Positions 48,666-62,396 of a stretch of 64,000 bases of DNA are shown in pieces. Made by a program: the position numbers and the translations under genes. Positions within the stretch are counted from its first letter, which is position 1. Each line of letters opens with the position of its first letter. Where the stretch lies: NCBI GenBank assembly GCA_951406725.2, contig OX597824.1, positions 71,734,001 to 71,798,000 of the forward strand, in the 5' to 3' direction. Origin of the DNA: Octopus vulgaris. Taxonomy: Eukaryota. The notes below the pieces were generated by a model that saw only the letters and a list, made by a program, of their open reading frames with translations, had not been told where the DNA came from and made no database searches.

Positions 48666-51600
48666 CCTTTCTACTATAGGCACAAGGCCTGAAATTTGGG
48701 GGAGGGGGTAGTGAATTATACTGACCCCAATACCTAACTGATACTTATTTTAATGACCTCCAAAAGATGAAAAGCAAAGCTGATCTTGGGGGCATTTAAA
48801 CTCAAAACATAAAGCCAGAAAAAATGCTTCTCCGCATTTTTGCCTGACACAGCAAAAATTCTGCCAGCTCACTGCTTTAATAAAAGAAAATTGTAGTAAT
48901 AATTTGGGCACAAGACCAACAATCTGGAATTCAGGGATTGGTGATGATGATGACAGTGGTGATTATAATAATGATGTTGATGATTTCTAACTCGTGACTC
49001 AAGACTTTGTTCATGAGATGTCAGCAATATTTTTTATAGCTAAGTAGGAAGGAGTAGTCACGCTTTTTTTATGATTTCACAACTGGTGAGGGAAAGAGAG
49101 GGGAAAAAAACATGCTTGATGGCTTATCCTCAGCATGAAATCTAGACCAAATGCTTGCAACAAAATGGTTTCTATTGTAGTCACCCATCCAAACAATGAA
49201 TTAAGTTTATGACTCAAGAAGGGTGACAGTCTATATAGCAAGCTTCTGTACAATATCCATCTTTCCAATTTCATTGACAAGACTTGGGACAACTAAGGCT
49301 ACAGTAGATGACTCTTGCCCAAGGTGCAGCACACTTGGATCAAACCATGTCCTTTCAAAGTGAATATTTATTTTTTTTTTAAATCATTCACTTACTTCAC
49401 ATGATGAAAATTACAGCTAAACACCAGCTCTTAAAAGGCTTCTCATGGTGTAAGGAAAGTAACGATGCCTATTACACAAAAAACTTTTTTTTAAATTAAT
49501 GATTTCTAACATTGATACAAGGCCACAGTTGATTACATCTACCCCAATATTTGATGAAATAAAGTATTTGGTACTTCATTTTAATGAACTTGGAATGATG
49601 AAAGGCTTCATAATGTAGATGGCCATAACTAAATACCACAAGGCATTGTGACCAACAAACTAAAGATTCTAACAATCTGCTGCCCTGTTTTTTCTTAATT
49701 ATTGACATGAACACTGTGGGCATTAGGGCATTGGACCATGATCACAAAGTTGTGGTTTCAATTCCTGTACTGGATGATGCAAAGCACTTCAATTGCCATT
49801 ATTTCAGTCTACTTAGCTAAAAATGAACACAAACCTAATACTGGTCCAGACTGTTTTCTCTTCAGTTGTTATATCACCCATGTTCTGCTGGGACAAGAAG
49901 TGGGAAGACCAAGAGGGTGTCTATGCCTGCTTATAACTACAATTAATGGAAACATAGTACATGCTAACCAGATCATACCCACTTGTGGGTGATGGCTATG
50001 GTTTTATGGTATTACTTAGTTCTACATGCCACCTTAGGTTTAGTATCACGACTTTAAGGACTACTATATAGTAAATAATGACCAAGTAGAAGGCAGATGT
50101 AGACCTAACTCTTTCACCATATTATCAATGAGTGTCTTTAGAAAGCTCGTCCTGTTGCAAGTATTTGGACTAGGGTTTAATAGGCATAGCTGTGTTGTTA
50201 AGAAGCTCACTTTGCAACCATGTTACTTCTTGGGTCTAGTTCCACTGTGCAGCACCTTAGGTGTCTTCTATTATAGCTTTGGACCCAACAACGCCTTGCG
50301 AGTGAATTTAGCAGATGGAAGCCCTTCCTCTGTGTGTGTGTGTGTGCGTGTGATGTGTATCTTTGCGTTAGTCCTCCATCCACTCTCCTGTACCACCTGA
50401 CAACCAGTGTTGGTTCGTTTACATTCCTGTAGTGGGGTCAATATGTGTGGCTAAACCCTCCAAGGTAGTGCCCCAATAACACCACAGTCCAACAAGTGAA
50501 AACAAGTAAAAGATAAGATACATAGCTACATTTCTGACAATGCCATCTATTATTTTCCCTCCAGGTCCTCCTTCAACTACAAACAGGCCTTATAGAAAAA
50601 AAACAGAGTTGTGTCGTTTTTGAAGCATGATCTAAATTCTTCTAATAACAAAATTCTTATATGATGATGGTGACAGTGACAATTATATTTGGTTTCTCTT
50701 TTAGATCAACATTCATCAGTGTTTCATGATCACTTTTCCATACTAACACAGCTTGTCTGGTATTTTATGTCTTATGTTCAGATGCCCTTGCTGTTACCAA
50801 CCCTTCTGGTCACCAACAGGCAGGGATGTGGTGGACCCTTCTGTAAATCTATAATAACGAGGAAGAGCAGTCCTTGTGACTCTCTACAGGTTCTCCAAGA
50901 CTAGTGACAAAGCAGGAGATATCCTTAAACCAAGAAGCTGACCCAAATACAGATTGTGAAGAAGACATTCATTTAGCAGGATTTGAACCCAAAATGTTAA
51001 AAAGGATATAATTAAATACTGCAAAGACATTTGTTCCACTGTGCCATATTTTCCTACCACCCAGTACAATAGTGGGATTGATTTTGAACATTTGCATAAA
51101 ATCAAATTTTTGAGGAAAAAACAATAGCTTAAATCAACTCAGTACTTGACTTGATATCAATCCTTGAGAAATGAAAGATACAATTTGAGGGATTTTACAT
51201 AACTAAATACCACAAGGTATTTTGACATTTTAACTAATTCTGTCAACATTTTCTTGATATGAATGATTTTTAATATAGGAACAAAATGTACATTTTGAAG
51301 GAGGATGATGTTGATTATATCAACTTCAGTACTTCACTGGTACTTTGTTTGATTGACTTCTCTGAAGGTTGAAAGGCAATGTTAACTCCAATGGCAGTTG
51401 AACTCAGAATATATGAAGTCCTAACTAAATACTGATTTCAAATTTTGGTACAAAGCCAGCAAGTTCAGAGGAGGAGGTAAGCTGATTACATCAATCCCAG
51501 CACTGAACTTAAGGGATGAAAGGCAAAGTCAGCCTCAATAGAATTTGAACTTAAACATAAAGACAGACAAAATGCTGCTAAGCATTTTGCCCAACATGCA

Positions 51601-52249
51601 AATGATTCTGCCAGCTTGTTGTCTTAGTCCAGCTTGTCTTTTGCACACAAAAAATATACAATGGACTTCTATCAGTTTCTGTCTACCAAATCCATTCACA
51701 AAGCTTTGGTTGGCCCAAGGCTATAGTGGAAGACTGAATTCATCTGAGACCATGTGGTTGGGAAGCACACAGTCATGCCTGTGATGTTTATTATTATGAA
51801 ATAAATCACCATCGTTACTAGGTAAAATTACATACTTATATAATTCACACATTCAGTGTGAGTAGGTATTATATCTATCAACAGGTGGTATCTGTTACAT
51901 GCACTAAAAGAGAATCAAGTTAAGATAACTAGAAAAATAAAACAACCAAAGAAAATAACTCAAATGGGCCAGTAGTATAAATTTAGATAGATAAGTTAGT
52001 TTGATGTACTGAATACTATTCACAAAAAATCCTTAATCAATTGAAATTTAACTCTTAGATAGAAAAAATAAAGCCCTCACACTAACTGTCCCTAAAAAGT
52101 GCCACTAGGATTTTTAGTTTCATCTTTTTTTTAAAGTTAGATAATTTTATGTAGTTGTTTATTCCCAGTTCAGTCCTGACCAAACGGATTTATGGTCAAA
52201 AGCATTCCATTCATGATCTCTCCTGGCTCAGCAGACTATGACCAAAGGC

Positions 52250-52653
52250 TTAGGAAATTACTATTTGTAAATCTCACAAGAGATATTCAGCAACAGTACT
52301 TTTGAGTGAAGATTGTTTGCCAACATAACATGGCAGTCCAAATAGTAATTTTCAAATTTATAGATCAGTGACTAGTTGTCACTTTGAAAACTGTATATGT
52401 CAAACAGGAATTTGGCAGCACCACCTGTAGCCAAACAATTATTCTGTGCCGATGAAGGGAAATAACCTGGAAATCGCGATACACAGATATAGTTTTGAGC
52501 TGAGTGGGGGTGCTAGATTCCCTTGTTCGAAAATATAAGGGCACAGATCATGTCGTAAAGCCAGCAGGAGACGATGTCTCCTGGGGTTAAATTACAGCAA
52601 CATTCATCCTAAACCAGGACTGCCATGTTATGTTGGTAAACAATCTTCACTCC
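52250..52653 (+). mobile_element. 404-bp hammerhead-carrying insertion with 12-bp TSD and internal inverted repeat
   Basis: ATGACCAAAGGC at 52238-52249 and 52654-52665. 36-bp inverted repeat with 1 mismatch at 52304-52339 and 52617-52652. Confidence 0.6.
52443..52487 (+). ncRNA. Minimal type-I hammerhead ribozyme motif
   Basis: TCTGTG-CCGATGA-AGGG(AAATAA)CCTG-GAAA-TCGCGA-TA^-CACAGA. Stem I is 6 bp, stem III is the palindrome ATCGCGAT, and stem II is imperfect. Confidence 0.7.
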
Positions 52654-54519
52654 ATGACCAAAGGCATTCCCACCATGATTTATACCTTTAGGAGCATTCT
52701 CAATTTCTTTGGCAAGATATTGAAATGCTGAGGGCCTTTCAAGACTTTGTAGAATTGACCCAGTTCAGAGACTGGTATAACTCTAAACACAAAAGTTTGT
52801 AGAATTAATTATCTGATACATCCTTTAGGTGCTACTTTTGCATGCAGTCTATCACACTAGTCTATGCTGTGAAATGACGTGATCTGGGTTAGGATTAGAT
52901 TTAAGGATTAGCATTAAGTTTAGACTGCATGCTAAAGTGTAAATAGCTTGGCAGACTGCATGCTGAAGTGGTGCCATCCTTTACTTAAGATAGTAGAATG
53001 CAGTGTGAAGGATATTAGGTTGTCATTTCTAGCCAGTTCAGAAAGCATGTAAAGGCTTCCTCTGTCACGTGTGTGTATCAAGTTGAGGTCTATGGTTCTA
53101 CAGTTCAATTAACTAATGATAATCAATTAATGATTTCTTTCCTCACATTTTCAGTTGCTCTCTTTCTTCATGTGTGGGAAATCATTATCTCAAATTTATT
53201 GGCACTTAGGCGCATTCTTTTCCTAACAATCAGTCCTATCTCCAAGATTACAGCCCTAAAACTAATAGTTGTATCATAAAAGGGAATGAGACAAATCTTT
53301 CGAACTTTGGACATATAAGATGGCGAGCACTGAAACAAATTGCATGTAATCAAAGTGAAGGCTAAATAAATAATTGTTAATAATGGTAAAAAAAAAAGCG
53401 ATTACGAAGTAAAATAAGTATAATTCATTTCAATTAAAAAAAAAGTTAACTGCAATATTATACAGCGAGAATCAAATATCAACTTGTCTTCAACTTCTCT
53501 TTACGGATCGTGTATGTGTCGCACTTGTTTCATTCAGTTTATGAAAACACGACAAATCAACACTTGCCAGTTGTTATTTAGCACCAAATCAGACCTGATC
53601 AAGCAGAGGTATAATCAGAGGCGCACTGGTCGTGATCATCCGTCTTGTGTGTCGTCTATCCGTAAAAGAAATACACTCTAAGGTATAGGGCAGTAATGTA
53701 TTTACATGTAGTTAAGTCGGTAGATTTTTACCAGTAAAAATTTACCGACTTATCCAATCATTCATTGAAGAGAGTATGATATAATTAAAGGGAAACTAGG
53801 TTTCTATTTCTAACATTTCTATTACTTCGTTAGTACATTTCCTAAACTACAGTAAATGGAGATAGGCTTAAAACATTAAAATGCATTTACCAGAATTAGT
53901 CTACTGGAAAAGGCGTGTAAGAGAATTCTGAGAGCTAGTTTTTGTAAGCTATAGTTTCTTTTGCGATGGACTTAGATTTTGATAGTAGAAAGTAAAGAAC
54001 ACATCCAATTCAAATTATTTATATATATATATATATTATAATGGTCGATTATTTTCGGAATAAAAACTACTTCTGTATTATAAGAAAGTATTTCTTGCGC
54101 TAGTTTCAGTTTGGTGCCTAAAACAAAAATCATGTAGGCTGAGCGAATGTCCAGATAAATTTAACTCAATGTGTGTGTGTGTGAAAAGTTCGATATATGT
54201 TTGTCGTATACTAGAAAAAGAATTTCATAAATTAAGGATTATTGACAACCAAACGACCGATTGAACCTCATGTCTGGGCAAAGTAATGCTGACAAACACA
54301 CATGTATATATGGAAGAAAGAGAACTCCATAACATGTCGTAGGGTTTATGTATTTGTTCGAAGCTGATGATTCCTTAGTTTTTCGCGAAGTGCGATCCTC
54401 CAAGTGACAAAAATAATATCGGTTTTGAAGCGACGGAATGAATTTTCGAACGTATACATATCAGACCAAACTATGTTGCATTTACAGAAGAAAAAATAAT
54501 AATAAACACGCTTTCTTAC

Positions 54520-54746
54520 CTACGACCATACGGGTACTCCACAATCTGCTTAAGGATTTGGCCGATGTCGACCCCATAATGGGTCCCGTGCTGCGCCAAA
54601 TAAGGAACACATGCGCGAGCCAACTCGAACTGTCCAAGATAGATGTTGTTGCAGAAAAACCTAAACAGAAGGCGCACACTTTCTCTCAGTTCGTTGCCGA
54701 ACGGGAAGGCTTGAGAAGCAACAGCCACATGATTGGAAGTCTTCAT
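54520..54746 (-). CDS. ZFYVE26: ZFYVE26/spastizin coding exon 1 (start codon)
   Basis: ATG at 54746. MKTSNHVAVASQAFPFGNELRESVRLLFRFFCNNIYLGQFELARACVPYL..ILKQIVEYP resembles the spastizin N-terminus as recalled (HPFGKE..LFGFFCECLRRGEWELAQACVPQL). Donor AG|GTAAG, 227 nt, phase 2. Confidence 0.92.
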
Positions 54747-54879
54747 TGTTGACGAAGGCAATCTGTAGCAAGTAATATCAAGATTGTCTTTATTTCTCCG
54801 TAGAAAACAAAGTAAACTGTAATATTGATGAATGTTCTAACGCCATAGAAGCGCTACTACATATATCCGACACGCAACT

Positions 54880-55010
54880 TTCGTTACAGACGGCCATTTT
54901 AGTAATGTCACATGATATCATATTTTGTTTACCTTTGACCGCCCCCACTTGTTGTTGTCAGTAAAACTTGGATTGGATCTAGAATCTGCGTCGGGATGGT
55001 TCGAATCCGG
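54880..55010 (-). promoter_or_regulatory. Putative ZFYVE26 proximal promoter
   Basis: CpG-retaining, repeat-free stretch upstream of the ATG. Motifs: YY1-like AAAATGGCCG (54891-54900, minus strand), E/M-box GTCACATGA (54907-54915), FOXO TTGTTTAC (54925-54932), GC-box CCGCCCCC (54939-54946) and B-box GGTTCGAATCC (54998-55008). Confidence 0.55.
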
Positions 55011-56149
55011 GTTGCATCTCACTCCTTTGTTTTATTTCTTCAGTTTTTAATTTATTCAATTATATATTTTACAGGGAAAAAAGAGCGCGTGTGGTATTTT
55101 GCCACTGTTCTATTTCAACTGCATAGAAAAAAAATTGTGTGTGCGTGTGTATATATATATATATATACATATTCTCGGAGATTAATTATTCTCTCGTTCT
55201 CTTTCTTACATATGCGCGCAGACACACACGCACACACGAAACTAAAATGAAAATAAACTGAGAAATGGCATGTATTTGAACAAAGATGAGTAAGGCTATA
55301 TTAAATAACCGACAAGATAAATTCTTGATTTATTCAAATTACCCTCATTTCGATAGAGTATTATTCAAATTTCCTTCGTTTCGAGAGAGGATAGACCAAT
55401 CACTTGGTGGCAATTAGTGCCAACTCCAACTGAGAATAGGAAACCATCTCATGAAAAAATACTCTAAAATTGACCTGCCATAAAGGAAAAGACAATCTGA
55501 TTGTCTGGGAACAATCAAATCTCAACAAGTGTTTCTGTCTCAGTAAGCATCATTAGCACAGCGATTGTCCTACCTTATCTTCAGCAGATAAGACACTTAG
55601 ACATAGTCAAAAAGGAGTGGAAAACATTTATGGCCAAGGGTAATTTACATGAACCAAGGGAAATAATTCAGATGAGCCAGTGCCATGAATTTGTGAAACA
55701 AATAAATTCTTGATTTATTGAAATTATTTTTTCTTCAGAAGGTAATCAAACACCTAGTGAAGATTATGACAAACTCTGAATGAGAAGAGGAAATAATCAC
55801 GTGAAATTAGCCAACCCTCAGTTGTCTCTAAGCAAGGTAATAATTCCGCATAGACAAACATGTTTTCACAAAATATTGGAATTGAATGACATTGATTTTA
55901 CAATCACATGATGTGAATACAAACAGATACAAGCATGGATCTTTTCACTTTGACTGGCAGATTTTAAAAATAATTTCTTTGTAACTAAACACTTTTAAAC
56001 TTCGTATACTGGTAGTGTGTTATATAAAACATCTTTTTCTCTTGGCTTTCTGGAGAAAATTCTGTAGTTTGTAAGCTATTTGTTGTTTAATTTCTTGCAT
56101 TTCGGCAATTTCAACCAATCAATGACGTCTATTGAGGTGAATACAATAT

Positions 56150-58265
56150 GAAGATGGCTTTGAGGTCTTTCAAGGTTACTGAACTTTAAGAAGCTGCAGA
56201 CAGAAAGGATTCTAAAGCCTTTTATGATGGTTTCAAGAAAGTGTATGGTCTTCAAGAGCATGGTGTTACTCCTATTTTTTTCATCAGATAGAGAGACACT
56301 GTTGACTGACAAATCTAACATCCTGAAATGAGGGAAAGATCACATTGAAGCCGTGTTGAACTCCACCTCAGTCACTAATGCTGATGTCATAATGTCTGTT
56401 TCACAGCACTCTGAAATACCAGAACTGTCTCTGGAGCCAATCTTCCTGGAAGTGGTAAACTCTATTAAACAGACCTCTTCTGGCAGGGATGCTATCATTC
56501 CTGAAATTTTAAAACATGGTGGACAGAAGTTTTCTAAGAAACTGCATGACCTCTTCATAAACATTTAGATGGTAGGCTATGTACCACAGGACTTCAAGGA
56601 TGCCTCAAATCAGCATCTTTATAAGAACAAAGGAAACCGAAGTGTCTGTGATAATCATCATGGAATATTACTTCTGTCTATTGCTGGTAAGATTCTTGCT
56701 TGACTCATTCTTGACAGGATCATCGAACATGTTGTAAATGATATCTATCCAGAATCACTGTGCAGATTTCACTCTGGTCATGGCACTATCAACATGATCT
56801 TTTCTCTCCGACAGGTCATGGAGAAGGTATGTGAGAAAAATCAAGTGTTGTTCTTGATATTCGTTGACCTTACTAAGGCTGTTGACACTGTTAACCAGCA
56901 AGCACTATGGAAAGTTCTGAAAAAGCTTGGTATACCTGACAAGGTATTGAATGTTATCATCTTCTTTCATGAGGGAATGAAGACTGTTATTTTGTCCAGT
57001 AGGGAATCTTTGACTTCCTTCAATGTTACAAACAGCACAAAGCAAGGTTGTGTTATGGCCCCTATTTTGTTTATACTCTCTTCTTTTCAGTGATGCTGAG
57101 GTTTGCTTTTGGTGACAAAAAAAAATGGTATTAAATTCCAGTTTCGAACAAGTGGTGGACTATTCAATCATCAGTGTTTCAAAGCCAGATCAGTGCTATG
57201 CACCAGTATCATTTGTGATCTACTTTTTGCAGATGCTGCTGCACCAGTAGCGACCTCTTTAGACGAAGCTCAGAAACTTCTAGACCAGTTTTCTGCTGCA
57301 CATAAAGCCTTTGGTTTGACCATCAGCATAAAGAAGATAGAAGTAAATCACAAACCTTGCCCTACTCCTAAACAAATTCGAGGGGTCAACTAGAGGCTAC
57401 TGGTTCACAATTTTCCTAACACTCCTATACAGGTTAATGTGAAAAGCCTAAATTATGTGAAGTCATCTTGGTAGTAAAGTGAATTTGAGTGCTTCCCACG
57501 ATGATGAAACCATCAACCGTCTTGCAAAGGCAACCAATGCATTTGGCAAACTCTGTCATCACCTATGGAATGAAAGGAGCATCAAACTTGACACCAAAGA
57601 ACAGGTCTATAAAGCAACCATTCTTACTACTCTCTTGTATAGCTCAGAATCGTGGATACCCTATAGATGACACATTAACCAACTAGACATCTTCCACAAA
57701 GACTATCTGAGGACAATCTGTGGTTATTCCCTAAAAGACAAAGTTTCTAATGGCGATCTGTTTAGTAAGTGTAAGATTGGGGGAATTGAGAGCTTCCTTA
57801 TACAATCACAATCACACTGGGCTGGCCATGTCATCAGAATAAGTGTCAAAAGAATACCCAAAGTCCTCATGTACAGCCAGCTTGAGAGTGGGCACAAGAT
57901 TGTTGGTTGACCATGGCTCAAATATATAAGTAAGCTGAAGACTAACCTCTCAGAGATGAAGATAGCTCACAACACTTTTGAGCAAGCAGCCTTGGAATGA
58001 ACAAAATAGAGATTGTGTCAAAATGGTATTAAAAATTTTGCTGCAACCAACATTAACAGGCTTTGGTGTGCAAGGAAAAGGAGAAAAGTGGCTGCAAATA
58101 TATCACCTGCACTGACCTGTAATCCTCATACTTGCAACACCCATGGCCTCCTTTGCAAATCGTCGATGGGACTTAAATGTCACATTCAACATAAGCATTA
58201 TGACTGACAGAGAAAGAGTACATTGTTGGAGCCTCATACGTCGAAACCAATAGGAGAGTCCATCA
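56150..58265 (+). mobile_element. RTE/BovB-like LINE, 5'-truncated and decayed
   Basis: PQDFKDA..LLSIAGKILA, FVDLTKAVDTV, KQGCVMAP, LLFAD, VYKATILTTLLYSSESW and a C-terminal C/H motif, followed by a (TACA)n tail. Confidence 0.88.
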
Positions 58266-58285
58266 TATACATACATACATACATC

Positions 58286-58572
58286 ACTGTGACCGACCAG
58301 GCTATCAGATGTCGTTACACATCGCTGGTCACAATGCGCTTTGCATTGTTTTAGCCTCCAAATGAAGCCACCCCGCTGGCTAAGCGAGCAGGCCAACAGA
58401 AGAAAGAGTGAGAGAAAGTTGTGGTGAAAGAGTACAGCAGGGATCGCCACCATCCTCTGCCGGAGACTCGTGGAGCTTTAGATGTTTTTGCTCAATAAAC
58501 ACTCACAACGCCCGGTCTAGGAATCGAAACTGTGAGTCCACTGCCCTAACCACTGGGCCATTGCGCCTCCAC
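58286..58572 (-). mobile_element. tRNA-derived SINE, third family
   Basis: Minus strand GTGGAGGCGCAATGGCCCAGTGGTTAGGGCAG..TTCGATTCC (A/B boxes). The tail recurs at 8760-8820 and 12310-12410. Confidence 0.7.
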
Positions 58573-58976
58573 ACATACATACATGGATGGATGGATTAAT
58601 TGACTGATTGATTGATTGATTGGAGATTTAGTAATTCTGATTTGGTGTCCATACTGTAAGAATATTGCAAGTGATACAGGCCTTTGATTTTGTTAAAGCA
58701 TGACTCTAGGAGAAGGTTACTCAGATATATAACTCAAGGAATGCTGTTCAGAGAAGTTGTCACAAAACAAGCTCCATTTTTCTGCTATCAGTTTCTCCCA
58801 AAAAGTGCAATAGGTCTTTCACAAGCTTTCACATCTATAATCAGGTTATGTGTCTGTAGTCTAATGGCTCAGTACAGTTCTTTAGCATCTCACCAGAAAC
58901 ACATACATAAGAATTGACACACAGATACACACACACACACACACACAGGTACATACACACACACATCACATAAATA

Positions 58977-59534
58977 TTGGGTTGTCCGGAAAGTTTGTGC
59001 CAATTTTTAAAGGAAAGAAAAAGGTCAATAAATACTTGCCATTACATTTTTAATCAACCAAATATGAACCATTTTGTTGCACAATGCGTCTCCATCTTTC
59101 CTTTAACTTGAAAATACTCTCTTCCCAGAATTGAGGTGATTTAATGGCAAAGAATTCATCAAGGTATCTTTTTACGTCATCCAAGGAATTGAAATTTTTA
59201 CCATTCTGCAGAGACCTGAATAAGTGGAAATCCAAAGGAGCAATATCTGGTGAATATGGAGGGTGAGGTAACACATACCAGCTGAGCTACAGCAATTTTT
59301 GTCTGGTTCCCAAAGCATCAAGTGCTTAAAATGAACTTTCTTATCTTCCATTTTAAAGGGTTACAGAATCAACACAGGCTATACGAACATAAACCTTCTT
59401 CCACGAAAAGAGAGCTTAAACTGTGCTCTAAATGGTGGTGTAGTCAAATCCTATTTTATGGAACTGAACCATGCTCTAAAATAAGTTGAAAGGTAAGCTA
59501 CAATAAATTGGCACAAACTTTCCGGACAACCCAA
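58977..59534 (-). mobile_element. Mariner internal-deletion derivative
   Basis: TIR TTGGGTTGTCCGGAAAGTTTGTGCCAATTT at both ends, TA flanks, and transposase remnant PHPPYSPDIAPLDFHLFRSLQN. Confidence 0.92.
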
Positions 59535-60145
59535 TATATATTCTATTTTGGAAAAGTGAATCTTGAAGTAAACAAATCTATAAATAATAGCATCTGAATT
59601 TTGGGTTAAAAATGAAATCCAAAAGGTGCACTGAAAGGAGCAAGATGTTACCAAATGCTATGGACATGGTCAATCAGTTCCTCACTCAACTCCTATTTGA
59701 ATGATGAACTTATAGACCACGTCCTATCCTCATAACTCCAGACAGATTAGTGTGCAGCATCTGTACACCAGCTTTAGGAAGAGCATCCAGCTGTAGAAAA
59801 CCATGCCAAATTAGACTGGAGTCTGGTGCAGCCTTCCAGCTTACCAGCTCCGGTCAAACCATCCAACCCATGCCAGCATGGACAATGGACGTTAAATGAT
59901 GATGATGATATATATATACATATATAGAGCAATAAGAAAATGGAGGGGATCAATAGGTGGTATTCATCAACTTTTAGACATTATATTATGTCAATTTATT
60001 TATTTATTTACTAAAATGACAATTACAATATACATATTGTATGTGTGTATATGTATGTATGTATGAACACACACACACATATATATTCATACATGCATAT
60101 ATATATACATACATACACATACAGGCTTATATACATAAGTACATA

Positions 60146-61424
60146 CAAGGGTCGGACAAAATAATGGAAACGCCTTGTTAAATAGAAATTTTATTATTTT
60201 ATACAGTGTTGGTCCACCTTTAGCCTTTATCACAGGTTTAATATGTTAAGGAATTGGCTTATACAGGTTCTGGATGGTTATTAGGGGAATTTTGAGCCAT
60301 TCTTCAAGTAAAATCTGCTTTTGCTTTTTCAGTAACAATGGTGAAGAGAATCAGCTTCTCACTTGCTACTCCAAAATGCACCATAAATTTTGGTTGTATT
60401 GGGATCTGGTGATTGTGTGTGTGGAGCAGTGTATATTACTTTTGTGCTCATTTAACCAATTTTGGATAATATTAACCATGTAATTTGGTGCATTATTGTT
60501 CTGGAAGACTGTGATACCATTAGGAAACAATGTTTGTACTATAGGATGGATATGATCAGCCAAAATACTAAAATTGTCCTTGGTTTAAATTCTGCCATGT
60601 AGAGCAATTAAAGAGCTCAGAGAATTCCATGATATGGCTGTCCAAATCATCACAGAGCCACCTAGATTGCTTCATGTTAGGGGCCAATCAGTTATAGTTT
60701 AAGTGTTCATTGGGCTGTCTTCAGACTTTGATGCAAAGTAGAAAAATGAGTGAAGATAATTCATCAGAGAAGATGACATTGTTTCATTGACTAATTGACC
60801 ACTTGTAATAGTCTAGACACCATTTTTTCCCACTTAATGTTGATGGGACAGAAAATTAACAATGTTGATGCAACAGGAAATATTTAGCACTTACAACCTT
60901 CCCCCCAATAGTATCTAGCTTTATGGAACTCACAATGAATGGTTTTAGTTGGCACAAAATCGGTTAGATAGTGGTTTAGCTCTGCTGTCACTTTTGCTGC
61001 TGTAGTTTGATGGTTTTTAGACCAAATACATTTCACTATTCTTTGGTCCCTCTCTGTGAGATTTGTCTTCCATCTAGATTTATGCTTGCCAGAGCTGGTT
61101 TTATTTTGGTTTAGGAATGCCAACATGATTTTAGACACTGTACCTCTTAAAACATTACATAATTTAGCAGTTTTAAGGACTGAAGCACCAGCCAGTCATG
61201 CTCTAAATTGTCCTCTTTGGAAATCAGATAAATACTTCAATTAATTTAAATATATCTACAAAAAAAAAAGAAGTAAAATAGAGCATTATATTATGAAGTA
61301 CAGGGTATACATAATGCATTTGAACACATATATACTGACTGGAACAGTTTTCAATTTCTCATATTGCCAATAGAAAAAATTGTTAAATAAAAAGTGGTGT
61401 ATCTGTTCTTTTATCTAGCCCCTG
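60146..61424 (-). mobile_element. Tc1-like transposon (decayed)
   Basis: Degenerate TIRs CAAGGGTCGGACAAAATAATGGAAAC and GTATCTGTTCTTTTATCTAGCCCCTG. Remnants LTERDQR..TTAAKVTAELN and VFQNNNAP. Confidence 0.8.
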
Positions 61425-62192
61425 TTCATACAAACATGGTAGTTGCCTATGCATTATGCAGAGTCTGACAACCTCTTGTACTTACACCTTAGCTCTATTA
61501 TGGCGTCTGATGTAGGCTTTTTAAACCAGACAATATTATAAAAACACACCCACATAAATTGTATATATACTTTGGACCACCAAGAGCTGCAGTTAAGTTC
61601 CAATCTTTGTGGATCTCAAAATATCTTTTGAGGCCTCTATTAGACACACACACACACACACATGTATACATACACACATATATACATGGTGGTTGTCAAC
61701 TTGTTGTCAAGTATAACCATCACTGAGAAATTATCTTATCCTAGATGTTAAAGATAGCAACAGTCAGCAATGCTCATGCTGAGCTTGTACAGTACTGCCA
61801 AGACTCTCATAGCAAAGCTGATTAGTCCTGAAACATACAAGATTTCTGGCTTCACAGTGAAACATGTGTTATTTATAAATTTCCTTCTCATAGAGAGCTA
61901 TTTAAGAAAAGACTAGGAGTTTCTTACTCCCAGCTGTAGAATAGCTGTTGCTTCTACTGAATTCATCCAACTTTTGACAGGTTTTGTTTTTCATCCTGCA
62001 GGATATCCAACAAAGGCCATCTTCTTTAGCAAGCAGGCTTAGTAGGTTTGCTGGTGTAGTTGCCAACTGCTTGACCATGTTAGGCATCAGAATGTACTGG
62101 GTTATATGTTACAAGTAGCACTAAGAGTGAGTTGAGACTTACATATATACATACATAAATGCATACATATATAAATACATTACATTCAGATA

Positions 62193-62376
<184 letters not shown>

Positions 62377-62396
62377 CGGGGTGCAGTTGAGACATG

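Noticed and set aside
54747-54761. ORF-track start at 54761
   Set aside because: It is a TTG; the first in-frame ATG is at 54746.
54950-55020. tRNA gene around GGTTCGAATCC
   Set aside because: The T-stem does not pair fully, and there is no acceptor stem or D-arm.
61505-61531. Hammerhead-like CTGATGT...AAAC
   Set aside because: Core and GAAA are both broken and no stem II or III can be drawn.
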